From the NCBI GenBank assembly GCA_028534125.1, contig CM052817.1:7132001-7196000 (forward strand): a stretch of DNA of 64,000 bases, written 5' to 3'. A model generated the notes under the pieces. The model had not been told where the DNA came from, searched no databases, and worked only from the letters and a program-made list of their open reading frames with translations. Origin of the DNA: Lama glama. Lineage: Eukaryota. Position numbers and translations under genes: made by a program. This document shows positions 1-13,223 of the stretch, one piece after another (the first letter of the stretch is position 1; each line of letters starts with the position of its first letter).

Positions 1-2580
1 TGTTGAGATATTCTCATTTATTTATATGCTAGCATGGTGAAGTACATTACTCGATTTTCAAATGGTGAATCTGCTCTGCTTTCTTAATATTAACCATTAA
101 TTGATCACAATGCATTATTTTTAGTATATTTCTGTATTTGATTTGTTAATATTCTGCCCATTGCTTTTATACCTGTGTTCATAAAGAATACTGATATGTA
201 GTGTTCTTATGATTTTTGACTCTGATTTAGATCTTTCTGGATGTATAAATTAAATTCAGAGTGGGAACACATGTTTTATTTTCTGGAAGAGTTTGTATTG
301 TATTGGTGTTATTTCTTTCTCACATGTCTGGTAGGAACCACCAGTACAGCCATCTGGAACTGAGGTTTTCCTTCTGAAAATTAGAAAAATAAGAATTAAA
401 ATGTGTTACTCGATATATGATTATTCTAGATTTCTTAGTGAATCCTTCTTGTGTCTTTATAGATACGGTCTATTTAAAAAAATGCATTTATAGCTATAAA
501 GATGTATGAAATTATTCCTAAATGTGTATTACTTTGTTGATATTTTCAAAGAAACATCTTTGCTTTCATTGTCTTTTTTTCAGCTTTTCTGATTTCAATG
601 TAATTGAATTCCTTTATTATTTTTATTTATCTTATTTTTTCTGTTTTTGATTTAATTTGTTCTTACATTTTAAGTTTATTTATTTATCTATTTTTAATTT
701 TTAGGGGAAAGATAACATTACTGATTTTAAATTTTGTTTTTATTCTAATAGACATATACAATGCTATAAATTTCTCCTTAAGCATTGCCTTGACAGTATC
801 CCACCCAATTTTCATTCAGTCAAAATATTTTCCAACTTCCCTTTCAGTTTGTCTCAACTTATGGATTTTTTAGAAGTGTATTTCATTTTCAAATATTTCT
901 AGATTTTTAAGATATCTTTCTGCTACTGATTTCAATTTTAATTACTTTAGTATAACAAACAATACTTTGGATTTTTCTACCATTTAATTTGCTAAGTTTT
1001 ATTGTATGACTAAGAATATGTTCTATCTTGATGACTGTTCAGTGCACACTTAAAACTTGTGTATCCTGCTGTTGTTGGGTGAATTCGTCTATTAGTATCA
1101 AATAAGTCAGATCTGCTGTAAGGGCTGTTCTGCTCTTTTATGTCCTTATCAATTTTCTGTCTACATTTTCTATAGATTATTGAACAAGGAACGTTGAAGT
1201 TTCCAACTAAAATTATTGGATTTGCTTATATCTACCTCAGTTTTATCAGGTTTTACTTCATGTACTAAAACTCTCTTTTTAGGTGCATACAGATTTACAA
1301 ATTTTAAATCTTCTTGGTAAAGTGACTGTTATATTATTATGTAATTTTTCTCTCCATGCCTGATCGTCTTTTTTTGTACTGAAGTTTGCTTTCCCTGATA
1401 TTAATATTGCCATCCACGCTTTCTTTTGGTTCATTTTTAATAATATCATGTTTACCATTATTTAAAATATTCTATGTGCATCTTTATGTTCAAAGTAAAC
1501 TTATCTGTAGAAAATACATGGTTAAATCTTCCTTTTGTATGCTACCTGAAAATCTATGGCTTTCAATTGCTGTGTTTAGGCCATTTACCTTTACTGTGAT
1601 ATTGATAAGATTGGGCTTAGATTTGCCCTTTTATTACTGGTTTTCTGTTTGTCTTTTCTGAATTTTGTTTCTCCATTCTCCTTTTTCTGCTCTCCTTTTA
1701 ATTAGCTAATTTTTATCCTTTGGGGTTTTTTTGTCTATATCTTGTTGAATTTATTTTATACATTTACTTGTTTATTTTCTGTTGTTGCTGTATGGATTAA
1801 GCTTTGTGTTTATATAAAGTTATTGTTTTATCATTTCAAGAAAGAACAGAAGTTTTACAATCATATGAATATGGTTCACTCTTCCTCATTGATATTTATG
1901 TTACAGTGTCATGTGTAGAGTGTCATCTACATTGAATGCTCCACCAAACAACGTTATCATTGTTGCTTTCAGCAGTTATGCAACTTTTAAAGGATTTCAG
2001 GGGATCAAACTAGACCTTTAAACAAGTTATCCACATAAATTGCTGTCTTTGCCTTTATTTCTGAAGCTCCAAGTTTCCCTGTGGTATTATTTCACTTCAA
2101 TCTAAAGACAGTATTGTATCATTTCTTTTAGATCAGGTCTTCTGGAAATTAATTTTCTGAATTGTCATTCATCTAAGAATTCTTCTAATTTGTGATCATT
2201 TCTGCAGGATATTCCCACCAGAAATGCAATTCTGAGTGGATGGTTCTTTTCCTTTAGCATTTTAAAATGCTGTTCCACTCTCTTTTGTTTTCCATAGTTT
2301 CTGATGAGATATCCATAGTTTTAATACATGGTTTCCCTACATGATATAATGTATTATATGTTGCTTTAAATAGCTTTTTTTTTAATTCTTTAATTTTCAA
2401 AAGGGCTAATTACTATGTCTAGTTACTGTTTTCTTTTTATTTATCCTCTTCAGGATTCACTGAATCTTTGAATCTGCAAATTTATATCTTTCATGATATA
2501 TGGACCGTTTCTAGTTGTTATTTACTCAAAACCTTTTTCTGTGCCCTCCCTGCTCTTTCTGGGACTCAAATGACATGGAT
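1..2580 (-). mobile_element. Ancient L1 (L1M/L1ME-like) remnant, antisense, covering ORF2 back to ORF1
   Basis: T-rich sequence with recognisable antisense L1 motifs: ORF2-like ggtgaagtacattactcgattttcaaatggtgaatc and gtgtatcctgctgttgttgggtgaattcgtctatt, and ORF1-like tagcattttaaaatgctgttccactctcttttgttttccatagtttctgatgag. Heavily disrupted. Confidence 0.8.
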
Positions 2581-2879
2581 GTGAGGTCCTGTGGCTTGAG
2601 CCTGCTTTGGGAAAAAGCCATAGGAGTGAGAAGAAAAGTAATTTCACCTCTGTACTAACTGCTCTCTAAATTCTGACTTTTCTCCACACTTTTCTACTTT
2701 GTTTACTTATCAGGGTTTCCAGATAGTTATTTTGTTTGTTTGTTGTTTTGTTGTTGTTTTATATTTTATACAGAGTTCCTGTGTAATCATTAGAAGAGAT
2801 CAGCTGTGGTGAGTTTACTTCACTGTGGCCAGAGCTAGAAGTTGCAGTTTTTCACACAGACGGCAAGCAGACAGTATCT

Positions 2880-3416
2880 TTTGAAAAATGTATTTTAGAT
2901 TCAGTCACTCCCTGGCTTAACATCTTTTAATTGTTTTTGGTTTTTTTCTTTAATCTGGAATATATTGCCATCTTTTAAAAATAGGTCTCTAGACTCTTAT
3001 CATCTCTCCAACCCCATTTTGTCCCTCAGTCACGCACTAGAATCATACTATCCATTATTTATTTATTTTTTTATTTTTTTTATTATTTACTAGAACATGA
3101 CACAATTTTCCTGTCTCAGAGTCTGAACTTATTATTCTATTCATATGAAATATTTCCTTCACTTTTGCTCTTACACGGTAACTTTTCATTATTCAAATTT
3201 CAATTCAAGTGTCTCCCTCAGACAGGTTTCCTGGCCACTTAGTCTGAAATAACTCTTTTTTTTCCCTCCACTCCAGCCCAATATATTCTTCATACCATCA
3301 TCCTTAGCATCCCTACTCTTATCACAAACTGAATTCATTTCTTTAAATATTCATCACTTACTTCCTCCCTCCGTAGTGTAAGTTACCTTGAGACAGCGAC
3401 CAATTGTCTTATTCAA
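2880..3416 (+). mobile_element. L2 LINE 3' fragment
   Basis: L2-type motifs tcactccctggcttaacatc, ttcaagtgtctccctcagacaggtttcctggccac and tagtgtaagttaccttgagacagcgacc. Confidence 0.6.
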
Positions 3417-3784
3417 ACTGATAGGAGCTGGATGTGTCTCCCACACTAAAATCGGCCACGATTCATTGCTGGCAGGCACTAAACAGATCCATGAGAAAGA
3501 GAGGAGAGATTGGGCTTGTTAAAGATTATTTACCTCTTGTTTGCAGAAGAGAGGACCATCTCTTTCACAGCAGGTATGCAAGGTCGGTTGTGTGATGTGG
3601 GAATCCAGAGTACTAATTGTCATTTTCCCTGGAGACCACCACAAAGAGATCTAAATTCAGGGCTTTGTGATTCAATGACCTATGGTTTGGACCCAAATAT
3701 TGGGACTTCTCACATAAAACAATTAAGTTGGTGACCTTTATTTGAGAGAATCATTCTGAGTGCCCCTCAATAACCTGGCTTAGA

Positions 3785-4710
3785 ATTTTGTTGTGGCAGC
3801 TCTAGCAAATGAACACAGATTTTGGTAAGGAGAAGTCAGGTGCTATTGTAACAAATACCTAAAAATGTGAGCGTGCCTTTGGCACTGAGTGATAAATGGA
3901 CACCAAAAGAGTGTTGAGGTGCCTGCTAGAAAAATACCAGAAGCAATTGTTGGCGGGAAAATGGATCTTAAATGGATTCTGGTGCATTCAGAAATGGGGG
4001 AACATATTATTGGAAACTAAAAGAAAGGTAATCTTTGTTACAAAAGTGGCAAAGACCTTGACCAAATTGAAATCTAGTGTTTTGAGGAAAGTATAAATTG
4101 TAAGTGATACACTTGTATGTTTATGTCTAAGTAAAATATTGAAGGCTTAGACTGGTTTCTCCATACCATGTCCAAGAATTTATGAAAAGAGAGGGATACT
4201 TGAAGGGGTTGTTAAGCAAAAACAAACCAGAACTTGAAGATTTGGAGCCTTTCAGTCTATCTATCTTACAAAAAATGAAAAAATAAATGTGTTCTGGAGA
4301 ATGGCAAGAGTATGGCTGGAAAAAAATAATTTGATGAGGAGATTATGGATGTGACTCATGGATCTACTCAAGCATTTCAGCAGAAGACAGGAACAGAGAT
4401 GGAGTTATACCAAAAGAAACAGTGGCAGCCTGGATTTCAGGGAACAGAGTTGGGCACAATATAGGAAGGCTGTCAGACTTCGGTGAGTCTATGGGATGAC
4501 CCAGTAGAGTGATCTAGCTGCAAAGGTGTTACACTTCAAAAAAATAAAGAATGAGCCAAAAGGTAAGGCCATCTCTTCTAAGTTTCCAAAGGGTAGGACC
4601 ACCTCCTCTGGAAATATCTAGCATTGAGAATTGTGAGAAAATAATTTCTGTTGTTTAAACCATCCAAATTTATGGTATTTTATTATGTTGACCCTAAAGA
4701 AAACTAGTAT
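3785..4710 (+). mobile_element. MaLR (MLT1) LTR tail, internal region and second LTR tail
   Basis: LTR end ttgtggcagctctagcaaatgaacaca is followed directly by the MLT1-int start gattttggtaaggagaagtcagg...tgtaacaaatacctaaaaatgtg. A second LTR tail aatttctgttgtttaaac...aaactagtata lies at ~4620-4710. Confidence 0.8.
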
Positions 4711-5670
4711 AGTAATAAATTCAATTGTGTTCACAAAAAAGGTAAGTCCAAGTCCTAACCTCTCTTACCTGTGAACTTGACCTTACATGGAAATAGGGTC
4801 TTTACAGATATAATTAAGTGAGGATCAAGATGAGGCCATAAATAATTAGAGTGGGCCTTGAGTCAAATGAAAGTGTCCTTATAAAAGAGAGAAAAGGAGA
4901 GGACACAGAATGATGGTTAATTTTATGTATCAGCTTGACTGAGCCATGGGGTGGCCAATATTTGTTAAAACATTATTTTTAATGTATCTTGAGGGTGTTT
5001 CTGATGAGATAAACATTTGAATGGATTGACTGAGTAAAGCAGATTGCTCTCCCCTACATAGATGACCCTCATGCAATCTATTGAAAGTCTAAATAGAAAA
5101 AAGAGAGTTCACTCTGTCTACCAAATTGTCTTTGAGCTAGGAGATTGGTTTTTCCTGTCTTTGGACTCTGACTGAGACTGGAACAGACAGCATCCATTCT
5201 CCTAGGCTTCAGACCTTCAGATTTTATCTGAAACTATACCACTGGCTCTTCCGGGTCTGCAGCTTGCCGCCCGTAGGTCTTGAGATTTCTCATTTCTTAA
5301 CCAATTCCAGGTAGATAGATGGATAGGTAGATAGATAGACAGATAGATAAAGGGCTATAACCCCCATTGGTTCTGTTTCTTTGGAAAACAGGACTAATGC
5401 ACACAGACACACATGACATCCACATGGAGACTGAGGTGGCAGAGGCAGAATTTGGATTTATGCTGCCATGAGCCAAGGAATGCCGGACCAATCACAATCA
5501 GGTACATTAAAGGAGGCGTTATCTCCTAGAACATTTGGAGGGAATGTGGCCCTGTAGGCACCTTGATTTCCGACTTCTAATCTCCAGAACTGTAAGAGAA
5601 TACACTTCTGTTGCTTTAAGCTGTCCAGTTTCCGGTAAATTTGTTATGGCAGCCACAGGAAACTAATACA
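4711..5670 (+). mobile_element. MLT1 (B/C-like) MaLR LTR, split by an MLT2 insertion
   Basis: 5' half gtcctaacc...tgtgaacttgaccttacatggaaatagggtctttacagat; 3' half ends tttgttatggcagccacaggaaactaataca at 5670. Confidence 0.85.
4909..5401 (+). mobile_element. MLT2 (ERVL) solo LTR with 5-bp TSD CACAG
   Basis: Starts (aa)tgatggttaattttatgtatcagcttgactg and ends ccattggttctgtttctttggaaaacaggactaatgca. CACAG at 4904-4908 and 5402-5406. Internal (GATA)n-like tract at ~5311-5350. Confidence 0.88.
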
Positions 5671-5902
5671 CTTTGTCTGAAGTTACACAACCATCCATGC
5701 AGATTCTGAGTTTTGAATCCTAGTCTCGTAGATTTCAGAGACCTTGCTCCTAGCACTACATTACAACATCTCTCCAGGCTTAGCTTTTACAACACAGGGT
5801 TACATGGCCATCATGTAGCTTTCTCTGCTAGATGGGACTTACACAAAATAAGGTATTTTACCCATCCCATCATGTTTGCATATCCATCAATTTTTAATGC
5901 AT

Positions 5903-6081
5903 GTATTTATTTTATTGACATATAGTTGATTAACAATGTTACATTAGTTTAAGGTGTACAAAATAGTGACTGGATATGTTTATAGATTCTACTCCATTTA
6001 GTGTTATTATAAACGTTGGTTACATTCCCTGTGCTGTACATTGAAGCCTCGTGTCTTATTTATCTAATACCTAGCGATTTG
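5903..6081 (-). mobile_element. L1 3' terminus (cetartiodactyl-type), antisense
   Basis: tttattgacatatagttgattaacaatgttacattagtttaaggtgtaca...tacattccctgtgctgtaca is the reverse complement of an L1 3' end. Confidence 0.75.
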
Positions 6082-6679
6082 TTGCTACTTATGTGACAGT
6101 CACTGTGCAAAGCAACGTGATTATCACAAGTGAGAGAGGTATGCCTGATGCTCCTGGGGCACCCGGTTTGGTGGTAACAGACCATAAATAAATCTGATAA
6201 ATGTGTAATTACCAATAATGATTCACACCATATAGTAAAGGAATAGGCAGTAAGAATGATAGGATACACAAGACTATGGGTGACAAATTCAGACCTACAC
6301 AGGGAATATTTTTCCTGTATTGCCAAGAAATGTAGATTCAGGCTTCAGTTCAGAATTAGCCTTTGAATAGAAGTCAGTTTGACCTAATAGTCTAAAGTGA
6401 GATGGGTTTGTATAGAGGGAGTGCTGGAGGCACAGGTTAGGAGCCATTTATTTTTTATTTTATTGCAGACTAGAAAAAGGCAAATCAAATAGACTACCTT
6501 AAAATATCCAGGCATTTCCAACTGTGAGTTATTTAATATGCATGAGAGTCCCTTAATGATATTTCAGTGGGCAGTGTTTCAGGGTGAAAATTTGATATAA
6601 GGAAAACCAGAGACACATGTTGTCAGAGGCTCTCAGATGCCCTTGGGCTAGCCCCAGGGTATGAAAGGTCTTCCTGCTT

Positions 6680-7110
6680 TCAGATCACTCCTCCATCACT
6701 CTTCCTCATGGTTGCCAGAGTGATCATCCTAAAGCAGACATGTCACCAGTTTTCACCACTGATTAAAATTTCTCGTTGTCCACCCACTGCCTGTAAGATA
6801 GAACACGACTCCTTTGCCTGACTCTGAAGGACCCTTGTGAGCCTGCTTTTGCTTTTTCCTCCAGCTACACCTCCTGCAGCCTCCCACATCATTTCCACTC
6901 CAGCAAAGCAGGGGTGTTTATAATGACCTCCTTCCAGGTCTCTCTACACATACACACACCTTTCAGTTTCAAGTTTCCTTGTCTTCCTCAGATCCTCTCC
7001 ACTATTTCTTGTACTCTTGTCATTCTTAATATTTACTTCTATCACACACAGTTTCACTGTTTATAATTAATTTTAAGAGTATGTTTCCCTACTCAGACCA
7101 TAAAATACTC
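6680..7110 (+). mobile_element. L2 fragment
   Basis: gttgccagagtgatcatcctaaagcagac...cccactgcctgtaagatagaac, typical of the L2 3' region. Confidence 0.6.
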
Positions 7111-7149
7111 AAGATTTGACTTCAAAACTCACCAACGGCTTTCAGTAGA

Positions 7150-7440
7150 AATAGGAGAGGCAATGGTTGTGACTTCTGAGATTTGGCCTTAAGAGGTCTT
7201 AAGGGCTAGATGCTCCATCCAGCCAAGAGCTCCAGCTAACTGCCAGAAATACGTGGGCCATCTTGGAACATCCACTTGAACTCAAGTTCTCAAATGAGTG
7301 CAGCCACAAAAGTGACCCCAGGAAAATCCAGGGGAGCAACCTATCATCTGAGCCCAGCCTGAACTCTGAGAAAGAGCAAAATACTGTTTTAAACCACTAA
7401 ATTTGGAGGGTTTCACTACTTAGCAGTAGTGAAGTGGCAC
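7150..7440 (+). mobile_element. MLT1-type MaLR LTR fragment
   Basis: gtgacttctgag...gagcccagcctgaac...tgttttaaaccactaaatttggaggg...gcagtag. Confidence 0.65.
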
Positions 7441-8290
7441 AGGACCCCAGCTAGTTCAAACAGAAAGCAGTTATTAAAGGCACGAGGGAATCTGTAGGAC
7501 CTCCAGGAGGAGTAGAGAAACAGTGCTGAATACCACCAGTCAGCACGATGAAGCCAAGGAACAAAGCCCCACACGTTGGGGAACTAGGGTGGCGCAACCA
7601 CCACTGTCATCATCACCGACTCTTTGCTGCTGACCACATTTAAGAGAGGCTAGGAAGAGCTATAATTACAACTGCCCCTTCTGACACTCTGGCCAAAGGA
7701 CGCTCTTCCCATTAGTGGACACTGCTTCGTGTTTCTCTCCTCCTCATCATTCTCTGGCATGAGTCATCAGATTGGCTGAACCTAGGTCAGAGTCTGGCAC
7801 CTCCACAGCAAAGGGATCTGAGAAACCAGGTTACTGTGATTATTGCTGTTGCTTTTGGTTGGCAGAAGGCTCTACCTCTTAATGTGAGAAACCATCCAAA
7901 TACGAAAAGGAATTTGAAAAGACTTGGTCAGCCGAGCATAAAAGATAAACAATGAAAGATATTTATCACATCCACCTTCATGATTACTTAGTGGGTGGGG
8001 TTCAGATCAACTGGACTATGTCCCAAGACCTCAGAATTTGGGGTACTTTATCATTATTATTGTACTTTCTTATGCAAATTCCCACTCGTGGTTCAGCTGA
8101 TCATGTTCACCATGATACCACCTTCCTGATTTTGGACAAACACTGAAAGTGTTTGAGAGCCTTACTCACAGTATTTCAACCTGTCACATCAGGATCAAAT
8201 GGTCAGTTTACCCTGCACCAAGGTGATAACCAATAAAATGCCAATGCCTGTACATTTATCTGGGATAATGTCAGCAATGTGTTATCTCCG

Positions 8291-8570
8291 AGAGGCAGTA
8301 TTTCACAACGGTGACACTCAACAAGCCTACTGAGGTTCGAATCTCAGCTCTTCTTCTTACAATGCTGTGTGACCTTGGGTAGGTTACTTAATCTCTCTGT
8401 GCTCTATTTTTTCCCATCTATGAATGTAGGCTAACATTAACACTTAATGTTATACATATTTAATTATAATTATATTATATTGTTTATTTATACCCACACA
8501 AACACATGCACATACCTGGAACAGCCTCTTATATATATTGTAAATGCTATGAAAGTGTTAACTATTAGTA
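8291..8570 (+). mobile_element. MIR SINE
   Basis: MIR core ggttcgaatctcagctc...gctgtgtgaccttgggtaggttacttaatctctctgtgc. Confidence 0.8.
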
Positions 8571-8979
8571 TTCTCAGTTATCATCAATAAATTAAACTCC
8601 TTAGTTTAGAAGGATGAGAAAGGCACTAGAGAACAGTGACTCAACTATGACTCTGCAAATAAATTCTGTATGTTGAATTAGTAGATCTGACAAGTATGAG
8701 CTTTGTAATCAATTCCTCTCCCCCCACATAAACCATGCTTTCCTTATAAGAAATCAAATGAGACAAATACATTATACACTGTTGTCAGTCATCTAGACCT
8801 ACTAATCACTCAGTACATATAAGCATTGGTGGTTATAGTCACGCATGCATACGTCTTGTCTTTATTTATAGAGTGCAAATTGCCAGACCCCATAAGCTAT
8901 ATGACCCCAAGATTTTTTATTTCTCAAATTATATTATTTAATCTTAGCTGCAATTCTGTAGTCAGTGCATGAACACATA

Positions 8980-9110
8980 AAACCATTATACAGATGAGAA
9001 AACTGCAACTCGGAGAGTTGAAATGACTTCTGAAATCTTATACATCATGATAATTGTGAAGATGGTATTACAAACTAGCCACTCCTGACTCAAAAGTTTA
9101 TACCCTTTTG
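8980..9110 (-). mobile_element. MIR fragment
   Basis: Antisense core cattatacagatgagaaaactgcaactcggagagttgaaatgactt. Confidence 0.65.
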
Positions 9111-9384
9111 TATCCACCAGCCTGATCAGAATAAACTTGTATTTATTGCAATGTTGCAAACATTTAGAATCTGGTGCCCATTGCCTACACACAACAACTG
9201 CTCAATTGCAACCTGATTTTATAATGTTTAGAACTCAAATTAGATGTGATCTAATGCTACTGAGACTGGACCAACCAGCTGAAGGACACTTATATGACAG
9301 TAACACAAAGCCAAGTTATTTAAAAGCTGGAATAAATCTTACACCGATGGTTGTCACACTTCATGGTGCGTGAGAAGCACATAG

Positions 9385-9530
9385 ATGGTCTATTGAACAG
9401 GCAAACTGGGTCTCCACCTCTCATGATTCTGGTTCAACAGGACTGGGGTAGGTCAGAGAATATGCATTTCTCTCTGTTTCTCGGATGACACTACTGTGTC
9501 GGTTCAGGGACTATCCCACGAGCATCAGTA
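9385..9530. mobile_element. MER5A-like hAT-Charlie non-autonomous element
   Basis: ctgggtctccacc...gattctggttcaacaggactggggtaggtcagagaatatgcatttct...ggttcagggacta. Confidence 0.65.
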
Positions 9531-9609
9531 TCTTCAAAATCTCTAGGCTGGCCCAGTCATTTCAACAATAAGGCAATGGGCTGAGAAGTAGGACAGACTG
9601 TAACGTATA

Positions 9610-9960
9610 TCTAAGAAAGACTGAAATAGGACTTTGTTTGTGGGCAGCTTGTTGAAAAGTGCTCTTACAAACACCAACATTGAGGAGATGAAAGCAGGGG
9701 GACCAGAACAAGAAGCTGAACTACAGTGATAGTCCAGCAAGGGTCTTAGCTCAGCTTGCAGACAGTTTTGGAGCAGGTTTGGACCTGCAGCATAGTCTTC
9801 AATTGAGGCAAAGGGGCTGTGCCTTTGTTCACCCCTCTTTTCCCTCACACTGACTGCACTTTGGATGTGGTCTGTCCTCAGGTTGGACTCCAGGCATCTG
9901 GGAGAATGAGTTCCTGCCTCGAGGAGCCCTGATGTCTCCTTCCTGCAGGATACTAGGAAG
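9610..9960. mobile_element. Old ERVL-type LTR fragment (LTR16/LTR33-like)
   Basis: aagtgctcttacaaacaccaac...aagcagg...agaagctgaactacagtg...ttggagcagg resembles this LTR group. Family assignment is uncertain. Confidence 0.4.
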
Positions 9961-10282
9961 TACACGGGAGTTGGACCTGAGAGTTCACTCAGATTGCTTT
10001 GTTTGTCTATGTGTTAACTGCTTGAATTGAGCTTTGAGTATGAAATCTTTGAATTTGATTTGATAGAAAAAAAAATAATAATTTTAGATTTCTCTAGACC
10101 TGAGTTTGGGTTCTCACTCTACCATATAAAAGCCATGTGGCATCGGGTCACTCAACGAGCCTTTCGGGCTTATTTCTTGATTTACAGCAATGGGTAATAA
10201 TAGTGATTCTATGCTCTTTCAAAAGTGAGGGTTTAGTAACAAAAGTGCCCTGTAAATGGTTATATTAGTGGCTCCAATGGTA

Positions 10283-10720
10283 GACATTTACTACTTCACA
10301 GTTTCTGGGCATCAGGAATCTGAGAGAAGGTAAACTGAGTATTTCTGACCCAGGGTCCCTCATGTGGTTGCAGTCAAGATGTTGACCTGGTCTCCAGTCA
10401 TCTGGAGAGTGGACTGGGGCTGGAGAACGCACACCCAAGATGACGCCTCACGTGGCTGTTGGCAGGGGGCCTTGGCTCCTCACTGTATGAACCCAAGTGC
10501 TCTCTAAGCATCCTCATGACATGGTGACTGGCTTTTCCTGGTGAGAATGATCTGAGAGAGCAAGAAAAAAGGCACAGTATTTTTTTATGTCCTAGCCTCA
10601 AACGCCATAGCCTCTGATTTCCATTATATATTCCTAGTTACCCAGGTCAGCCCAATACGATGGAGGAGGGCGCTCCCAGGAGGCAGGCATCACTAGGAAC
10701 CATCCTGAAGACTGGCCAGC
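10283..10720 (-). mobile_element. MLT1-type MaLR LTR, antisense
   Basis: acatttactacttcacagtttctgggcatcaggaatctg...ggttgcagtcaagatgt...cctcatgacatggtgactggctt. Confidence 0.75.
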
Positions 10721-11699
10721 AGTAGTGCTTAACGCACTTATGCTTGAGTGGCCTGGGGACAAAGACATCTCATTCTGGCCAAGATTATGTGCCTCTTCCT
10801 CTAGATCATCTGTCTTTTATCAGGAAGCAAGTGGTCTTAAGCCAAAGGATCTGAGCATTAACGCCCAAGGAGAAATTAAATCTAAAGGAATTACTGGCAA
10901 TCAAGGATTCTGCCTCACATCGAACACGTAATTTGAATTTTGTAGAAGATTGTACCAATTCGAATCAAACTTGCTGTCTTATTCGAGTCTTCAATGAAAA
11001 AGGAGAGCTTTCTACTTCCTTTTATTTTTCACTGCTCCATTTTTTTTGGCTGAACCCAGGTCATATATATTTTTAGATATGCTTACCAGCTGACATACTA
11101 CGTAGAGGAAAAGAGACCTCCCAGAGATTTAATGTTACCTACTGGCAAGTTAATAAGGAAACTTTCTCTGACAAGAGTATTTAATAGGATCAATATTTAA
11201 GATCTTCTCTTGTTAAATGCACCTGTTTGGTCCTCTCTTTTGTGCCAAGGAGTGGCCTTTAATTTATGGCAAAGAGAACGTCTGAGTTTTCAGGAGACAT
11301 AATTTCAGAAAGAAGAAAAAATTCTGTATATAAAAAGAAACCTATTTATCTCATTCATCTTTTTTATTAAGAGTTTTTCTGCACTAAAATGAATAGCCTG
11401 TTATGTGAGAAAAGGCTAAACATCTAAATCTTGCTTTAATGGTGATAAAAAGCATTATTCATATTAACCACCCCAAGGTTATTTTTATGTGCATATAATG
11501 GTTTGCTGATCTGCGTTTGAGACATAATAATCCAGATTTTCCACTCAGCAAGGCATCTTGTTCATTTAAATTTACTGCATGTATTTAGAAACGTATATCA
11601 GGCGTGAATGCAACCTAAATTGCCAGGTACAGTACTGAAAACAGGTCCCTAAATTAGAAGGGAGACTAAATATAAAGGCAATGAATGTGCTTGCCTGCC

Positions 11700-11930
11700 T
11701 TGGCTGGAGTAGAAGGAGAGCCCTGGATTCAAGGCAGAAGGCTTGAGTTCTGATTCCCGGTCTCCTTTCAACAATGTGACTGTGAACTTGGGGAAATATT
11801 TGACCTTGGTGAGTCCCTATCCTCACCTAAAAGAAGAGTTATTAGGCCTACTAAACCCACCTGTACTGAGCACCATCTATGGAGGTTAAACTCTTCTGAT
11901 GGAAGTAAATGTGTGAAAAACTCATTTTGT
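11700..11930 (+). mobile_element. MIR SINE
   Basis: gagtagaaggagagccctggattcaaggcagaaggcttgagttctg...tgtgaacttggggaaat. Confidence 0.6.
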
Positions 11931-12684
11931 TCATGAAGTAAATAAATAACTTAATTCACAAAGTTTGCAATGTGCTCGTGGAAGTCTGGTGTCAGTTGTA
12001 TACGACTGGGACCTAAGGACACAGTAGTAAACCGGGAAGATCAGGCTGCCACTCTTTCGGCGTGTAGAGTACAGGGAAGAAATCTGAGAAATAATCCAGG
12101 GGATTGAGACTGAGCATGTTGAGTGACATGACTGGGTGGGGCAGAGCATCAGTGAAAGCCCACATAGAGCTTAGGGGGATCCAGATGTATTTAGGACGAC
12201 CAGGGAGGGCCCAGGACCTGTCCACAAAGGTCAGCAAGAGAACTCAAAAATAATAGATAGCCATGCTGAGTACGGCATGATCTACAAAATAAAGTCTTAC
12301 CTGACCGAGGAGAATAGTTTTATCCACACACCTGGGTGTGCAAAGCTTCTCAGATATAAATGGTGAGAAAATGATCCGAGAGAGAGTGTTAAAGTAGGTG
12401 CCTTTGGATAAACAAGAGTGGAGGGTGCACTGACAGAGCGTGAATGTACAGCTTATCAAGACAGCAGAGAGGTGGAAGCGACAAGAGGTCTAGGAAGAGA
12501 CACAGCCCCCTTACAAGCAGCCGAAGAAAGGATGGGGGCGAACGTGTCCGGTGCCTCCCATTTGTACAGCCCCCTACAGTGTGTGCTGCTGGCCACGCTC
12601 TTCTTGCATCTTTAGCAGTGACATTGGAAACAGCTACTTCCAAATCACAAATTCCCAAGAGACAGTTAAGCTCAATCTTCAAAC

Positions 12685-13223
12685 TGTAATAGAAAATAAC
12701 AAATTGGACTCCATGTTAGATCTGTTCCTTTGGCTCTAACCCTGTGCCCTGTTTCCAAGGCTTAGTCGTGCTGGCTTTGTATCTTTTGCAAAAGAATGTT
12801 GCTTATAGCCTGAAATATACAGGACAGCCTGTTCTCAAGGCTCTGACCTTTAAGGATATTAACACTTTTACACTCATATGAAGATAACAAGTTGCAGAAT
12901 GGAAAATAATTTTTGTTTTGTTGGAGGTTTTACAGGGGAACCATGACCTGACCCACGTGGACAGCTGGAAGAGTAAAGGATGCTAAGAGCAAAGAATTCC
13001 TACACCAAGAATTTTGCAACAATCAACCACACCCAATACCCTTTTTGGTATAGAAGGAGTCTGAATTCTGACTCGGGGAAGATGGTTCTCCAGGATATCG
13101 GTCAGCCATCTTCTCAGTCTGCCGGCTTTCCAAATAAAAGTCACAGTTCCTTGCTCCAACACCTCATCTCACAATTTATTGGTCTGTCGTTCAGCGAGCA
13201 GAATGAGTTTGGACTTGATAACA
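12685..13223 (+). mobile_element. ERV1-class solo LTR (MER41/MER39-group-like), copy 1, TSD AAAC
   Basis: TG...CA termini (tgtaatagaaa...ttgataaca). 4-bp TSD AAAC at 12681-12684 and 13224-13227. AATAAA at 13133. Colinear with the copy at 15665. Confidence 0.88.

Noticed and set aside
3420..3780. Possible additional LTR upstream of the MaLR internal segment
   Set aside because: It begins with TG and looks LTR-like, but I could not assign a family, a terminus or a TSD.
8432..8452. Perfect short hairpin taacattaa-cac-ttaatgtta
   Set aside because: 9-bp AT-rich arms inside a MIR are expected by chance or slippage.
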